Origin: Syntrophaceae bacterium
GTDB lineage: Bacteria; Desulfobacterota; Syntrophia; Syntrophales; UBA2185
NCBI GenBank assembly: GCA_003153775.1
Contig: PMBI01000094.1
Location: 70,959 to 134,958, forward strand
Direction of reading: 5' to 3'
Length of the DNA stretch: 64,000 nucleotides
The notes under the pieces were generated by a model that was given only the letters and a program-made list of their open reading frames with translations, was not told the DNA's origin and made no database searches. Shown here piece by piece: positions 1 through 9,979 of this stretch (positions are counted from its first letter, which is position 1; each line of letters begins with the position of its first letter). The position numbers were made by a program, and so were the translations under genes.

Positions 1-1139
1 CTCTCGCATTGATTCCCCGTGATGAAATCCCCCCCTTGGCAGATGATCTTGATGGTGAATTACTGGAGACGGCGCTCGGGAGAAGTATCGAGTACTATGA
101 AAGAATTGCCGGTAATAATACGTATGGAATTGGCGGCGGCGATATTACAGGCAGAGAATTGAGAGAGTCGCTTCTGGCATTTCGAAAGATTCTGAACGGT
201 TTCGATTCGGACGATGTTAAACGGAAAAAAATACTGGATACATTTGACGTATACAGAGCCACCGGAGTTGATAATCAGGGGAGGGTGCTCTTTACCGGAT
301 ATTTCGAATCTGTCTTGAGAGGTTCGCTCGAAAGGACGGATGAATACAGGTATCCGATATACAGGACTCCAGATGACGTAATAGTGGCTAATCTGGGAAA
401 ATTCAGTGAGAAATACAAGCATGAAAAAATCATCGGCAGGTTAAAGAACGGCGAGCTGGTGCCTTATTTTAATAGGGCCGACATTGAAAAAGCCGGAGTT
501 CTCAAAGGAAGGAACCTTGAGCTGATCTGGGTTAATGATCCCATTGACTTATTTTTTATGCATATCCAGGGTTCGGGAGAAATAAAGTTAACCGACGGGC
601 GATCCGTGCAGGTCAGTTATGCCCAGAAGAACGGGCGTCCGAACAGGATGGCAGGATACCTTCTTGATAAAGGGAAACTTTCCAAGAGCGAGATGACGCA
701 TCAGTCAATAAAGAAGTACTTGCGGGAGCATCCCGAAGAACTATCGGATATTTTCAACTACAACGAGAGCTATGTATTTTTTCGCATTGTCGAAAACGGT
801 CCCATAGGCGCCCTGGGCCTTACCCTCACCCCGGGAAGGTCTATCGCTACGGACCTTGACTTGTTCCCGAAAGGTGCTCTTGCCTTTATAAGGCTGCGAA
901 AGCCCGTTTTTGATAAGGACGGAAACATAAAATCATGGGAGACATTTTCCCGCTTCGTCCTCAATCAGGATACCGGCGGCGTGATCAAAGGGCCGGGCCG
1001 TGTCGATCTGTTCTGCGGAACGGGAAGCGCCGCAGAGCTGCTGGCAGGGAGCCTTAAGGAAACCGGAGAGCTCTATTTCCTGGTGAAAAAGAAAGAGGGC
1101 GAGACGGGCGCCCTGCCTGTTGCGGATGCCGGCTATTGA
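1..1139 (+). CDS. mltA: Lytic murein transglycosylase A family protein (MltA-like); 5' end probably outside window
   Basis: ORF track 9..1139. The frame stays open back to nt 3 and the listed N-terminus has no signal peptide. MltA-type core (FTGYFESVLRGS, YRYPIY, IQGSGEIKL) and a 3D-domain-like C-terminus (QDTGGVIKGPGRVDLFCG). Confidence 0.75.
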   Translation, partial: LALIPRDEIPPLADDLDGELLETALGRSIEYYERIAGNNTYGIGGGDITGRELRESLLAFRKILNGFDSDDVKRKKILDTFDVYRATGVDNQGRVLFTGYFESVLRGSLERTDEYRYPIYRTPDDVIVANLGKFSEKYKHEKIIGRLKNGELVPYFNRADIEKAGVLKGRNLELIWVNDPIDLFFMHIQGSGEIKLTDGRSVQVSYAQKNGRPNRMAGYLLDKGKLSKSEMTHQSIKKYLREHPEELSDIFNYNESYVFFRIVENGPIGALGLTLTPGRSIATDLDLFPKGALAFIRLRKPVFDKDGNIKSWETFSRFVLNQDTGGVIKGPGRVDLFCGTGSAAELLAGSLKETGELYFLVKKKEGETGALPVADAGY

Positions 1140-1484
1140 AATCGCCCCGCATTTGTTGCCCTTGCTGGTGAAACAGCCAATTCGTGGCTAAATAACAGTT
1201 AGTCCACACAAAACTGAATACAAAAGCGTCCATCGTGATGTGGGATTGGCGCACGTTTCATAATTTGCGTGCCTTCCAAGACCCGCAGTGCGCAAGCGTT
1301 TGCAAAAATATATTCTTCTAAAAAGATAAAATTGTCTTGCTTGTTGCTTTTCTTTATGTTACCGAGGGCGCTACATTTGAACCTCAAGCATCGAATATTA
1401 TAGATCGGTGGCGTCTCATGCACAGATGCGCCGCCGGATGGAATTATTTCAAGAGAATATTTTATTGAAAGGGGATTTTAGATA

Positions 1485-1757
1485 ATGACAAAGGCAGAAT
1501 TAATAGCGGTAATGGCGGAGGCGGCGGGTATCACGAAGGCGGCAGCGGCGAAGACATTGGATGCTTATGTAGGTGCGGTAGCCAAAACGCTGAAGAAGAG
1601 CGGGAAATTGGGCCTCGTTGGGTTTGGCACCTTCTCTGTCGTAAAAAGAAAGGCAAGGGAGGGAAGAAATCCGCAGACTGGAAAGGCTATCAAGATACCG
1701 GCGAAGAAAGTTGTAAAATTCAAGGCAGGCAAGGAACTGTCAGATAAAGTAAAATAG
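1485..1757 (+). CDS. hup: DNA-binding protein HU
   Basis: 90 aa. HU/IHF-fold signature GFGTFSVVKRKAREGRNPQTGKAIKIPA. Purine-rich RBS (aaagggga) upstream of the ATG. Confidence 0.9.
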   Translation: MTKAELIAVMAEAAGITKAAAAKTLDAYVGAVAKTLKKSGKLGLVGFGTFSVVKRKAREGRNPQTGKAIKIPAKKVVKFKAGKELSDKVK

Positions 1758-1793
1758 AAAATCATATCATTAATAGGATAACGGCATCTTGCG

Positions 1794-1838
1794 ATTGAGG
1801 TCTCCGGTTATTTGGTATCGGGGGCCTCAATGCATTTT
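1794..1838 (+). terminator. Candidate intrinsic terminator after hup
   Basis: ATTGAGGTCTCCG ... CGGGGGCCTCAAT imperfect stem (mismatches in the inner half) followed by GCATTTT. Confidence 0.45.
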
Positions 1839-2012
1839 GGGGCATTTAGGGTGTTTAGGCATCATGGCGCATTGACAGGAACTTTGCTTTTTGTTATGAA
1901 CCTCTTCAAAAATAACGGGGGTTTTGAAGACCGGCGCCTCAGGCTAATGAAAAGGCGGGCACGCTGAAGTATTTCATGGTCTATCCGTAACAGTCAAACC
2001 GGGGGATATGAA

Positions 2013-3002
2013 TTGGCAAAGAAGCGAATATTGAGTGGCATGCGGCCCACAGGTAACCTGCATCTCGGGAACCTTCACGGGGCACTCAAGAACTGGATAG
2101 AGCTCCAGAACAGCGGTGATTATGAGTGTTTTTATTTTATTGCCGATTGGCATGCACTCACGAGCGAATACAATAATACGGAGATGATTAGAGAATATAT
2201 ACTCAATATGAGCATTGACTGGCTCAGTGTAGGCCTGGACCCGGGAAAGAGTACCCTGTTTATCCAGTCCCGCATAAAAGAGCACGCAGAACTCTTCCTA
2301 ATCCTCTCTATGATCACGCCTCTGCCGTGGCTGGAAAGAAATCCCACGTATAAGGAAATGAAAGAGGAGCTCACGGAAAAAGACCTGTCCACTTTCGGAT
2401 TCTTGGGTTATCCCGTCCTCCAGGCAGCGGATATTATCATGTACAAGGCCTACGGAGTGCCCGTAGGGGTGGATCAGCTTCCCCACGTGGAACTGACCAG
2501 GGAGATTGCACGGCGTTTCAATTTTCTCTATAGAGAAATATTTCCCATTCCGGTGCCCTTGCTCGCAGAGGTTCCTAAGCTCCTGGGGATTGACGGGAGA
2601 AAAATGAGCAAGTCTTACAATAATGCCATTTACATCAGCGATCGGGGGGATGAATTGAGGGCAAAGATTGAAGCCATGTTTACCGATCCTCAGCGCATGA
2701 GAAAGAAGGACCCAGGCAGGCCGGAACTTTGTAACGTTTTCACTTTTCATCAAATCTATTCGCCGGCCGGGTTTGTGAGTGAAGTATCGGCAGAATGCAA
2801 GAAGGCGGGCATAGGCTGCACGGATTGCAAGCGGCGTCTTGCTGATCGGATAATAGAAGGTCTGCGGCCCATTCACGAACGGCAGGACTATTTTCGCCGG
2901 CATATCGACGAGGTCAAGGGCATTATCGAGGACGGAAATGTCAGGGCGGCGAACGAAGCCCGCTTGACGATGGAAGAGGTCAGGGCAGCGATAAAAATCT
3001 GA
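2013..3002 (+). CDS. trpS: Tryptophanyl-tRNA synthetase
   Basis: 329 aa. Class I HIGH-type motif (PTGNLHLGNLHG) and KMSKS. TTG start at 2013, with GGGGGA 7 nt upstream. Confidence 0.95.
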   Translation: MAKKRILSGMRPTGNLHLGNLHGALKNWIELQNSGDYECFYFIADWHALTSEYNNTEMIREYILNMSIDWLSVGLDPGKSTLFIQSRIKEHAELFLILSMITPLPWLERNPTYKEMKEELTEKDLSTFGFLGYPVLQAADIIMYKAYGVPVGVDQLPHVELTREIARRFNFLYREIFPIPVPLLAEVPKLLGIDGRKMSKSYNNAIYISDRGDELRAKIEAMFTDPQRMRKKDPGRPELCNVFTFHQIYSPAGFVSEVSAECKKAGIGCTDCKRRLADRIIEGLRPIHERQDYFRRHIDEVKGIIEDGNVRAANEARLTMEEVRAAIKI

Positions 3003-3143
3003 TTCTGCCCGGCCGGATGCCTTTTCTTTCACCGGGGCAGGTTAAGTGGTTCCTTAGGCTTCACACCTGCCCGCATCACTGAGGCTCAAGTCTTATAACA
3101 CTTTCTAATTCTGTGTTTATTTGTGATTTGCAAGAGTGTCATT

Positions 3144-3872
3144 ATGGAATACGAGGTCAAACTCGATATATTTGAAGGGCCGCTTGATCTCCTGCTTTAT
3201 CTCATCAAGAAAAACGAGATCGACATCTATGATATCCCTATCGCCCTTATTACAGAACAGTATCTCCAGCACATCGAAATGATGAAATATCTCAATCTGG
3301 ATGTCGCCGGGGACTATCTGCTTCTCGCATCGACACTGATACATATTAAATCGAAGATGCTTCTTCCCGTTGAGGAAGGCGACGCAGGAGAGACCGAAGA
3401 TGAGCCGGATCCCCGCGCGGAGCTTGTCAAACAACTACTTGACTATCAGGTTTTCAAGGAAGCAGCGTCACAACTGGACCAAAGGCCTCTTTTGGAAAGG
3501 GACATTTTTAAGAGAGGACTCTCTACTGAGAACGGGAATGCCGGAATAAGCGAAGACGAGACGCCTATGGAAGTCAGCGTCTTTGCGCTTGTGGAAACTT
3601 TTTACAGAGTCATCTCGTCCATGAAAGAACCGGAATTGATGGAGATTGACGTAGAAAAGCTCTCTCTTACCGACAGGATAAACGAGGTTATGGCGCAGCT
3701 TACGGAGAAGAAGATGCTTTCATTTGTTGAATTGCTGCAAGATTCCTCGGATAAGAGAATGATGCTGTATACCTTCCTCGCTATTTTAGAACTCATGAAA
3801 TTGAGAATGATCAAGGTCTATCAGGCCAGTTCCTTTGGTGTGATCAGAGTCGTTCTTGCCGCGGAGTTATAA
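3144..3872 (+). CDS. scpA: Segregation and condensation protein A
   Basis: ORF 3123..3872 begins at a GTG. The ATG at 3144 gives MEYEVKLDIFEGPLDLLLYLIKKNEIDIYDIPI, a typical ScpA N-terminus. Start choice is uncertain. Confidence 0.85.
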   Translation: MEYEVKLDIFEGPLDLLLYLIKKNEIDIYDIPIALITEQYLQHIEMMKYLNLDVAGDYLLLASTLIHIKSKMLLPVEEGDAGETEDEPDPRAELVKQLLDYQVFKEAASQLDQRPLLERDIFKRGLSTENGNAGISEDETPMEVSVFALVETFYRVISSMKEPELMEIDVEKLSLTDRINEVMAQLTEKKMLSFVELLQDSSDKRMMLYTFLAILELMKLRMIKVYQASSFGVIRVVLAAEL

Positions 3873-4007
3873 ATGGGGACTGAGGAAACGTCCCGCGCCT
3901 GTAGAGAGCAGGCAGGAATTCCGATTGGGCTTCATACTCATACCTGCGGGAATTTTTCATGAAGCTCTCCACATAAAACTATTGCAAATTTTTAGAGGTT
4001 ACTGCAG

Positions 4008-4580
4008 ATGGAAGAGACAAAGGCAATAATAGAGGCCATCATTTTCGCATCGGAATCTCCGCTTACTGTAGATAAGATTAGAGAAGTGCTGCATGAGGTT
4101 GAAAAAAGTGAAATAGCCCGCCTGGTGCAGGATCTGATTAATGAATATGATGAAAGGCGAGGCGGCTTTGTCCTTCAGGAGGTTGCGGGCGGTCTTCACT
4201 TCAGAACAAGGTCAGACCTGAGTTTCTGGATCAGTAAATTAATGAAGGCGAAACAGTCAATGCTCACGAATGCGGCCATGGAGACCCTCGCTGTAATTGC
4301 ATATAAACAGCCCGTGGTGAAATCTGAAATAGACCGGATCCGGGGCGTGGACGCCGGGAGCCCATTGAAGGGATTGTTGGACAAGAAACTTGTGAGGATT
4401 ATGGGACGAAAGGATGTTCCGGGCAAACCGATCATGTACGGTACGACAAAAAGATTTCTTGAAATATTCAGCTTGAAAGACCTTTCGGAACTGCCGACAT
4501 TGAAGGAATTGAAGGATTTGCAGGATGGAACAGAGCCCCTCGTCACTGAATTACCGATATCGGATGATTCGGAAATCTGA
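4008..4580 (+). CDS. scpB: Segregation and condensation protein B
   Basis: 190 aa. IEAIIFASESPLTVDKI and LETLAVIAYKQPVVKSEIDRIRGV winged-helix repeats, typical of ScpB. Follows scpA. Confidence 0.9.
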   Translation: MEETKAIIEAIIFASESPLTVDKIREVLHEVEKSEIARLVQDLINEYDERRGGFVLQEVAGGLHFRTRSDLSFWISKLMKAKQSMLTNAAMETLAVIAYKQPVVKSEIDRIRGVDAGSPLKGLLDKKLVRIMGRKDVPGKPIMYGTTKRFLEIFSLKDLSELPTLKELKDLQDGTEPLVTELPISDDSEI

Positions 4581-4636
4581 GTGTCCGAAACTCTTGTGAT
4601 TATAATATTTCAAGTTCAGATTTGTCCGGGGATTGC

Positions 4637-5350
4637 ATGAAGGAACGCCTGCAAAAGATTATAGCCGCCGCCGGGATTTCATCAAGGCGGGCGGCCGAAA
4701 AAATGATCGTAGAGGGCAGGGTGACTGTAAATGATGCAGTCGTGAGGCAGCTCGGGGCGAAGGCCGATATTGATGCGGATGAGATCCGGGTTGACGGTAA
4801 GTTGATATTGCCCGAAGTATCTAAAGTCTACTTGATGCTCCATAAGCCGAGAGGGTATGTGACGACGCTTAATGACCCTGAGGGGCGGTCGGTCGTCACG
4901 GACTTGCTCTCCGGCATAGCGGAAAGGATTTTTCCTGTTGGGAGGCTGGACTACGATTCCGAGGGCCTCTTGCTTCTGACCAGTGACGGTGATTTTTCCC
5001 AGCGTGTACAGCATCCACGGTTTAAGATTCCCAAGACTTACATGGTCAAGATTGAGGGGAATCTGACGAGAAGCGAGATGCGTGTGCTGTCAGAAGGCAT
5101 ACGGCTCCCCGACGGAAATTTTAAACCGGAGAATCTGCAGACAGTGAGGGCAAACAGAAAGACAAGCTGGCTTGAACTATCCATCGCGGAGGGAAGAAAC
5201 AGGTTGATCCGGAGGGCCTTGGACTCATTGGGCCATCCTGTCGTCAGGCTCATCCGGACGGCGATTGCAGATATAATCTTGGGCAACATGAAAGCAGGAA
5301 CGTTCAGGCATCTCACAAAGAAGGAAGTGCAGCACTTATTGTCATTCTGA
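4637..5350 (+). CDS. rluB: 23S rRNA pseudouridine synthase, RsuA/RluB family
   Basis: S4 domain (RLQKIIAAAGISSRRAAEKMIVEGRVTVN) plus the catalytic GRLDYDSEGLLLLT motif. The ATG at 4637 is preferred over the TTG at 4622. Confidence 0.85.
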   Translation: MKERLQKIIAAAGISSRRAAEKMIVEGRVTVNDAVVRQLGAKADIDADEIRVDGKLILPEVSKVYLMLHKPRGYVTTLNDPEGRSVVTDLLSGIAERIFPVGRLDYDSEGLLLLTSDGDFSQRVQHPRFKIPKTYMVKIEGNLTRSEMRVLSEGIRLPDGNFKPENLQTVRANRKTSWLELSIAEGRNRLIRRALDSLGHPVVRLIRTAIADIILGNMKAGTFRHLTKKEVQHLLSF

Positions 5351-5399
5351 CAGATATACGACCCTTTCAAAGACTCTACGTTCGGCGAAAAAATTTGTC

Positions 5400-5428
5400 T
5401 TGACAATAAAATGAAAATAAATAATGAT
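5400..5428 (+). promoter_or_regulatory. Candidate sigma-70 promoter for the IHF-like gene
   Basis: TTGACA (5400-5405), 17-nt spacer, AATGAT (5423-5428). Confidence 0.4.
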
Positions 5429-5530
5429 CGTCAAATCTACAGATAAATTATCATGTTATTTTGAAATGAGCCATTCAGACAGCACATTTACCATGAGGTG
5501 CTGTGAGATGAAGCATAACAAGGAGGAGGT

Positions 5531-5812
5531 ATGAATAAGTCTGGACTCATTGAGGCCTTAAGTGCAAAAGAAAACCTGACGGAGAAGAAGGCAATTGATG
5601 TCGTCAATCTGGTCTTCAAGGGTTTCACCGATGAACTTAAAAAAGGCGGCAGGATAGAAATCAGGGGTTTCGGCAGCTTTGTAGTGAGAAATTACACGGC
5701 CTATACCGGCAGGAATCCGAAGACGGGGAAGAATATAATGGTATCCCCGAAGAAACTGCCATTCTTCAAGGTGGGTAAGGAACTTAAAGCTAAAGTTGAT
5801 GCCCAGAAGTAG
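5531..5812 (+). CDS. ihfB: Integration host factor beta-like (HU/IHF family)
   Basis: 93 aa. RIEIRGFGSFVVRNYTAYTGRNPKTGKNIMVSPKKLPFFKVGKELK matches the IHF-beta pattern. AGGAGGAGG RBS. Confidence 0.8.
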   Translation: MNKSGLIEALSAKENLTEKKAIDVVNLVFKGFTDELKKGGRIEIRGFGSFVVRNYTAYTGRNPKTGKNIMVSPKKLPFFKVGKELKAKVDAQK

Positions 5813-5925
5813 ATTAGTCATACCGTTCAGATAAACCATAGTCGATTAGTTACTTAAAAATATTCAGGCTGAAGTGTAAGGGGTCATTTTATGATCCCTT
5901 TTTTTTACCACTCTCTCTCTAATTT

Positions 5926-6822
5926 ATGGGAGTGCGAATCTCTCCTGCCGCCTGTCGCTCCTCTACAACTGGACTGATTCAGTATGTGAAAGAAATGATA
6001 CGGAGATTGCCTGTTCTTCATATTGGTCTTTTTCTGGTGACTATTTTTAGCACCCTCGTTGCGGGCACGCTGCAGCAGGGTATCAATCCGCTCGAAAACC
6101 CATTGCTCCTCTGGAAGGGAATACCATTTTCATTTACACTCTTACTGATCTTGGGCGCCCATGAGTTCGGCCACTATTTCATGTCCAGGAAACACCATAT
6201 CGATGTAACACTTCCATATTTCATACCGGCCCCTTCGCTTGTCGGCACTTTTGGGGCGTTCATCAAGATGAAATCGCCTATCATGGATCGCCGGATACTT
6301 TTAGACGTTGGCGCCGCAGGCCCTCTCGCGGGATTGTGTGTAACAATTCCGGTTCTGCTGGTCGGTCTTTATCTTTCGGAGGTCAGGTATGAGACGGTTG
6401 AAACGGAACTCGGCAGCCTGGGCTCATCCATGCTTTTCTATCTGATGAACTGGATAGTTCACGGCTCCGTGCCGGATAATGCCAATATCATTCTTCATCC
6501 CATAGCATTTTCCGGGTGGATCGGACTCCTGGTTACCTCTTTGAATCTCCTGCCCGTGGGCCAGCTTGATGGGGGGCATGTAGCCTATGCAGTCATCGGC
6601 CGCAGGCAAGGCATTGTCGCGAAGGTAGTGCTCGTAGTTCTTGTCATCCTCGGGGCAACCGGCTGGGTCGGCTGGCTTGTATGGGCGGGCATCCTGTTTT
6701 TTATGGGAATGTATCACCCGCCGGTTATTTATGACTGGATCCCGCTCGATACAAAGAGAAAAGTCATAGGCTGGCTCACGATAGCGGTCTTCGTCATGAC
6801 CTTCACGCCCATCCCGTTCTGA
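5926..6822 (+). CDS. Site-2 protease family (peptidase M50) membrane metalloprotease
   Basis: Polytopic membrane protein with HEFGHYF (HExxH) and a downstream LPVGQLDGGH motif. The start is uncertain; an internal M at MIRRLPVLH is possible. Confidence 0.75.
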   Translation: MGVRISPAACRSSTTGLIQYVKEMIRRLPVLHIGLFLVTIFSTLVAGTLQQGINPLENPLLLWKGIPFSFTLLLILGAHEFGHYFMSRKHHIDVTLPYFIPAPSLVGTFGAFIKMKSPIMDRRILLDVGAAGPLAGLCVTIPVLLVGLYLSEVRYETVETELGSLGSSMLFYLMNWIVHGSVPDNANIILHPIAFSGWIGLLVTSLNLLPVGQLDGGHVAYAVIGRRQGIVAKVVLVVLVILGATGWVGWLVWAGILFFMGMYHPPVIYDWIPLDTKRKVIGWLTIAVFVMTFTPIPF

Positions 6823-6823
6823 T

Positions 6824-7513
6824 TCAGATCAAGCCCTCTTCACGAAAGCTGAAAAATCTGTTTTCACCGATGATAACGTGATCATGGACGATGATATCCA
6901 GGATCCTCGCAGTTTCCTGGATTGTCTTCGTCAGGCGTATGTCCGCATCCGACGGCTTGACGTGGCCCCAGAGGTGATTGTGGACGAGAATGACCGCGGA
7001 CGCCTTCTGTTTCAGGGCGTTCTCGAGGACCTTTCTCGGGTAGACGACAGCCTGGTTCACTATGCCTTCCTGGATCGTTTCAATATCCGTCATCCTGTTT
7101 TGCGCATCCAGATATATGACGCAGAACCGCTCATCCCTGAGACCGCCCATATAAGTCTTGCAGTAATCGATAAGCTCGCTGGTGCAGGTTATTTGCGGCT
7201 TCTCCTTTGCCTTCTCTTTGAGATAGAGCACTCCCATTTCCTTTATGAGTTTTATGAGGATTGCTGCATGAAGGCCGATGCCTTTGACCTTCTCGAGGCT
7301 TTCTTTTTCTGCATCCATGATGGCCTTGAGAGAGCCGAACTCATTGAGGAGGTCCTTTGCCAGGGGTTTAACGTCTTTCCGCGGGATGGCATATGATAAG
7401 AGGAGTTCCAAAACCTCATAGTCGTGAAACGAAGAAACGCCTGATTCGGAAAATTTCATCTTCAGGCGTTTACGATGATCTTTATAGTGAGGTGTCGCGG
7501 AAGATATACTCAC
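6824..7513 (-). CDS. radC: RadC-like JAB/MPN domain protein
   Basis: 229 aa. Helix-hairpin-helix region (LEKVKGIGLHAA) plus a JAMM motif H-x-H-x7-S-x2-D (HNHLWGHVKPSDAD). Confidence 0.85.
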   Translation of the reverse strand: MSISSATPHYKDHRKRLKMKFSESGVSSFHDYEVLELLLSYAIPRKDVKPLAKDLLNEFGSLKAIMDAEKESLEKVKGIGLHAAILIKLIKEMGVLYLKEKAKEKPQITCTSELIDYCKTYMGGLRDERFCVIYLDAQNRMTDIETIQEGIVNQAVVYPRKVLENALKQKASAVILVHNHLWGHVKPSDADIRLTKTIQETARILDIIVHDHVIIGENRFFSFREEGLI

Positions 7514-7545
7514 GGCAATTTTTGTTCTTCCACCTTTTGGGTGAA

Positions 7546-8139
7546 TCAGCCAAGATTGGATTTGACGAAATCCCAGTTGATCAGCTTCTCGATAAATGTG
7601 GCCAGGTAGTCCGGCCTCCTGTTCTGGTAATCAAGATAATATGCATGCTCCCAGACGTCGACGGTGAGCAGGGGTTTTACGCCGTGGGCAATCGGTGTAT
7701 CGGCATTGGCGGTTTTTGTGATTTTCAGTTTGCCGCCCTCCAGCACCAGCCAGGCCCAGCCGCTGCCGAACTGGGTGACTCCCGCGTTCTTTAGCTCTTC
7801 TGCAAATTTATCAAAACTTCCCCAGCCCTCATTGATCTTATCGGCTACTTTTCCGGTTGGTTTGCCACCCCCGTTCGGCTTCATGCACTGCCAGTAGAAA
7901 GAATGGTTCCAGACCTGTGCGGCATTATTGAAGAGACCGCTTTTAGCCGCATCGCCCACAGTCTTTTTCATGATAGATTCCAACGACTCGTTGGCGAGAT
8001 CAGTTCCGGCTATCAGTTTGTTCGTGTTATCAACATATGCTCTGTGATGCTTTCCGTAATGAAACTCCAGAGTGTTCGCGCTGATGTGAGGTGCGAGTCC
8101 GTCTTTTGCGTAGGGCAGGTCGGGTAGTTGAATAGCCAT
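7546..8139 (-). CDS. sodB: Superoxide dismutase (Fe type)
   Basis: MAIQLPDLPYAKDGLAPHIS..FHYGKHH..AAQVWNHSFYW..DVWEHAYYLDYQNRR. The ATG at 8139 has GGAGGA upstream; the longer ORF to 8202 is rejected. Confidence 0.9.
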   Translation of the reverse strand: MAIQLPDLPYAKDGLAPHISANTLEFHYGKHHRAYVDNTNKLIAGTDLANESLESIMKKTVGDAAKSGLFNNAAQVWNHSFYWQCMKPNGGGKPTGKVADKINEGWGSFDKFAEELKNAGVTQFGSGWAWLVLEGGKLKITKTANADTPIAHGVKPLLTVDVWEHAYYLDYQNRRPDYLATFIEKLINWDFVKSNLG

Positions 8140-8239
8140 AGTGGTGTCCTCCATTTTTTCCTTTAAGTATACCATATCGAGATTTACTCCTGCAAGAAGC
8201 AACTGGGCATATAGTAAGTAGAATTGTGAAGGAAGTAAG

Positions 8240-9148
8240 TCAGGCCCATCGCAATTTGAAATCCAGCCACGCGATGTAAATCATCATAAAGATCATGAAT
8301 ACCGCCGCCGGCAGGGCCGCATCCTTACTGAAAAGAGATAAAGCTAAACCTGCAGCGAGCGCATAGTTCTTAAGAGTGCCGAGCAGACAGAGGCTGGTCA
8401 GCTTTTCCTTGCTTATGCGAAGCCGCGCACCGATCCATTCTATCAAGAACCCCAACAAGAATGTGCTCGTGAGGGCGATCGCTGCTACGGGATATAGTGA
8501 GGAAGGCTGCCCTATTATTGTTTCTCGATTCAGTCCCACAATCGTGTAGAGAATTAAGAAGTGGCACCACTTGATGATAATTCCTTTTAGAGGTTCTATT
8601 CTTGCCTGCAACCGTCTCGTCACGATAACCTTGTAAAGCAGGAGGGGAAGGAAAATCAATACGACTGCCGCCACGATAATCCCGGTTATATGGAGGGAAC
8701 GCATGTCCAGAAGGCCGGCGGCTATTACGGGGATAATGACAAGGGCCCCGATGTAAGCCCCGATGGTACCGATAACAGCATACATTTGGTTTCCTCCCCG
8801 AAAACGGGCCAAAGGGACAACTGCTACGGCGGGGGGAACCGCTGCCATGATGATGAACCCGGTCCACAATCTTTCCTCATGGACCAGGAACGCACCCAAC
8901 CCGACAATGAAGTCTCCCAGTATGACATAGCTCATGAATACGCCAACAAGCGCGGGGATTAAAGGAGACCTCCTGTATTCATAGACCTTGCCGGAGATAT
9001 CCGTCATGGCAAGAGTTAAAATGAGGGCCAAAGTCGGCAGCACCAAGTGTTTTGTCCATTGTGCGGCATGATCGAAAAGCAGGCCGGCAGCTATAGCCAT
9101 AAGCAGGATGAAATTTCGGTTATGCAGAAGTGCTCTTAGTTTAGCCAC
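8240..9148 (-). CDS. Polytopic permease, bile-acid:Na+ symporter (SBF/BASS)-like fold
   Basis: 302 aa and about 9-10 hydrophobic helices. GTLKNYALAAGLALSLF resembles the SBF-family conserved segment. Family assignment is tentative. Confidence 0.5.
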   Translation of the reverse strand: MAKLRALLHNRNFILLMAIAAGLLFDHAAQWTKHLVLPTLALILTLAMTDISGKVYEYRRSPLIPALVGVFMSYVILGDFIVGLGAFLVHEERLWTGFIIMAAVPPAVAVVPLARFRGGNQMYAVIGTIGAYIGALVIIPVIAAGLLDMRSLHITGIIVAAVVLIFLPLLLYKVIVTRRLQARIEPLKGIIIKWCHFLILYTIVGLNRETIIGQPSSLYPVAAIALTSTFLLGFLIEWIGARLRISKEKLTSLCLLGTLKNYALAAGLALSLFSKDAALPAAVFMIFMMIYIAWLDFKLRWA

Positions 9149-9166
9149 CGCACATCTCCATCAGTT

Positions 9167-9979
9167 TCACGCTTTGACGATTCTTCTGTAAGTGAGGCCC
9201 GTGAGAAAAAAAACGAAATTAATCAGGACAATCGTTGCTCCAGTAGGGAGATCAAGCGAAAAAGAGAGGACAATTCCCGAGACAACCGAGGCCATAGCCG
9301 ATAACGAGGCAGTCAACATTACCGCCTTAAAGCTTCTTGCGATCTGGAGGGCGGTTACCGCCGGGAATATAAGGAGTGCGGAGATGAGCATGATGCCCAC
9401 GACTTTCATGGATAGGACGACCGTCACCGCGGTGAGAAGGACAAACATCGTGTTGATCGATTCCGTCTTTATGCCTGAGGCTTTTGCCGAATCCTCATCA
9501 AGGGTAATGGACAAGAGTTCGTTGTAATAAAAGATGATCAGCAGTAAGACAAATATGGAAAGTCCGATGGAAATATAGACTTCTGCTTCGCTGATTGACA
9601 GGATGCTGCCGAAAAGATAGCTGAAGAGATCAATATTAAAGCCGCCGGCCATACTCGACAACATGACGCCTCCTGCAATGCCCAGGGAGGAGACGACACC
9701 GATGGCGGCGTCTCCGTAGATTCTCGCCCTCTCGGTCAGCTTCAGAATACCGAGCGAGCACAGCATGACGATGGGTATCGATACATACAGCGGCGACATC
9801 CTGAGAAGCAGCGCCAGCGCCACACTGCCGAATGTGGCATGGGCAAGGCCGTCACCTATGAGGGAAAATCTTCTCAGTACCAGAAAAACGCCGAGGGTGG
9901 AGCAGAGAATCGCTATAAATGAACCGGCAATTAGCGCCCTCTGAAGAAACCCGTATCGAAAGAATTCAGTCAGTTCCAT
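9167..9979 (-). CDS. znuB: Metal (Zn/Mn) ABC transporter permease
   Basis: ABC-3 family membrane protein. The start at ATG 9979 (MELTEFFRYGFLQRALIAG) overlaps the znuC stop by 14 nt. The 64-codon upstream extension is low-complexity and rejected. Confidence 0.85.
   Translation of the reverse strand: MELTEFFRYGFLQRALIAGSFIAILCSTLGVFLVLRRFSLIGDGLAHATFGSVALALLLRMSPLYVSIPIVMLCSLGILKLTERARIYGDAAIGVVSSLGIAGGVMLSSMAGGFNIDLFSYLFGSILSISEAEVYISIGLSIFVLLLIIFYYNELLSITLDEDSAKASGIKTESINTMFVLLTAVTVVLSMKVVGIMLISALLIFPAVTALQIARSFKAVMLTASLSAMASVVSGIVLSFSLDLPTGATIVLINFVFFLTGLTYRRIVKA

Noticed and set aside
2298-3032. 244-aa ORF antisense to trpS
   Set aside because: It lies fully inside the well-supported trpS gene on the opposite strand. 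It has no RBS or motifs and is a typical shadow ORF.
6824-7513. RadC with HNHLWGH instead of the usual HNHPSG
   Set aside because: The full JAMM pattern H-x-H-x7-S-x2-D is still intact, so this is ordinary family variation rather than an inactivated or novel protein.
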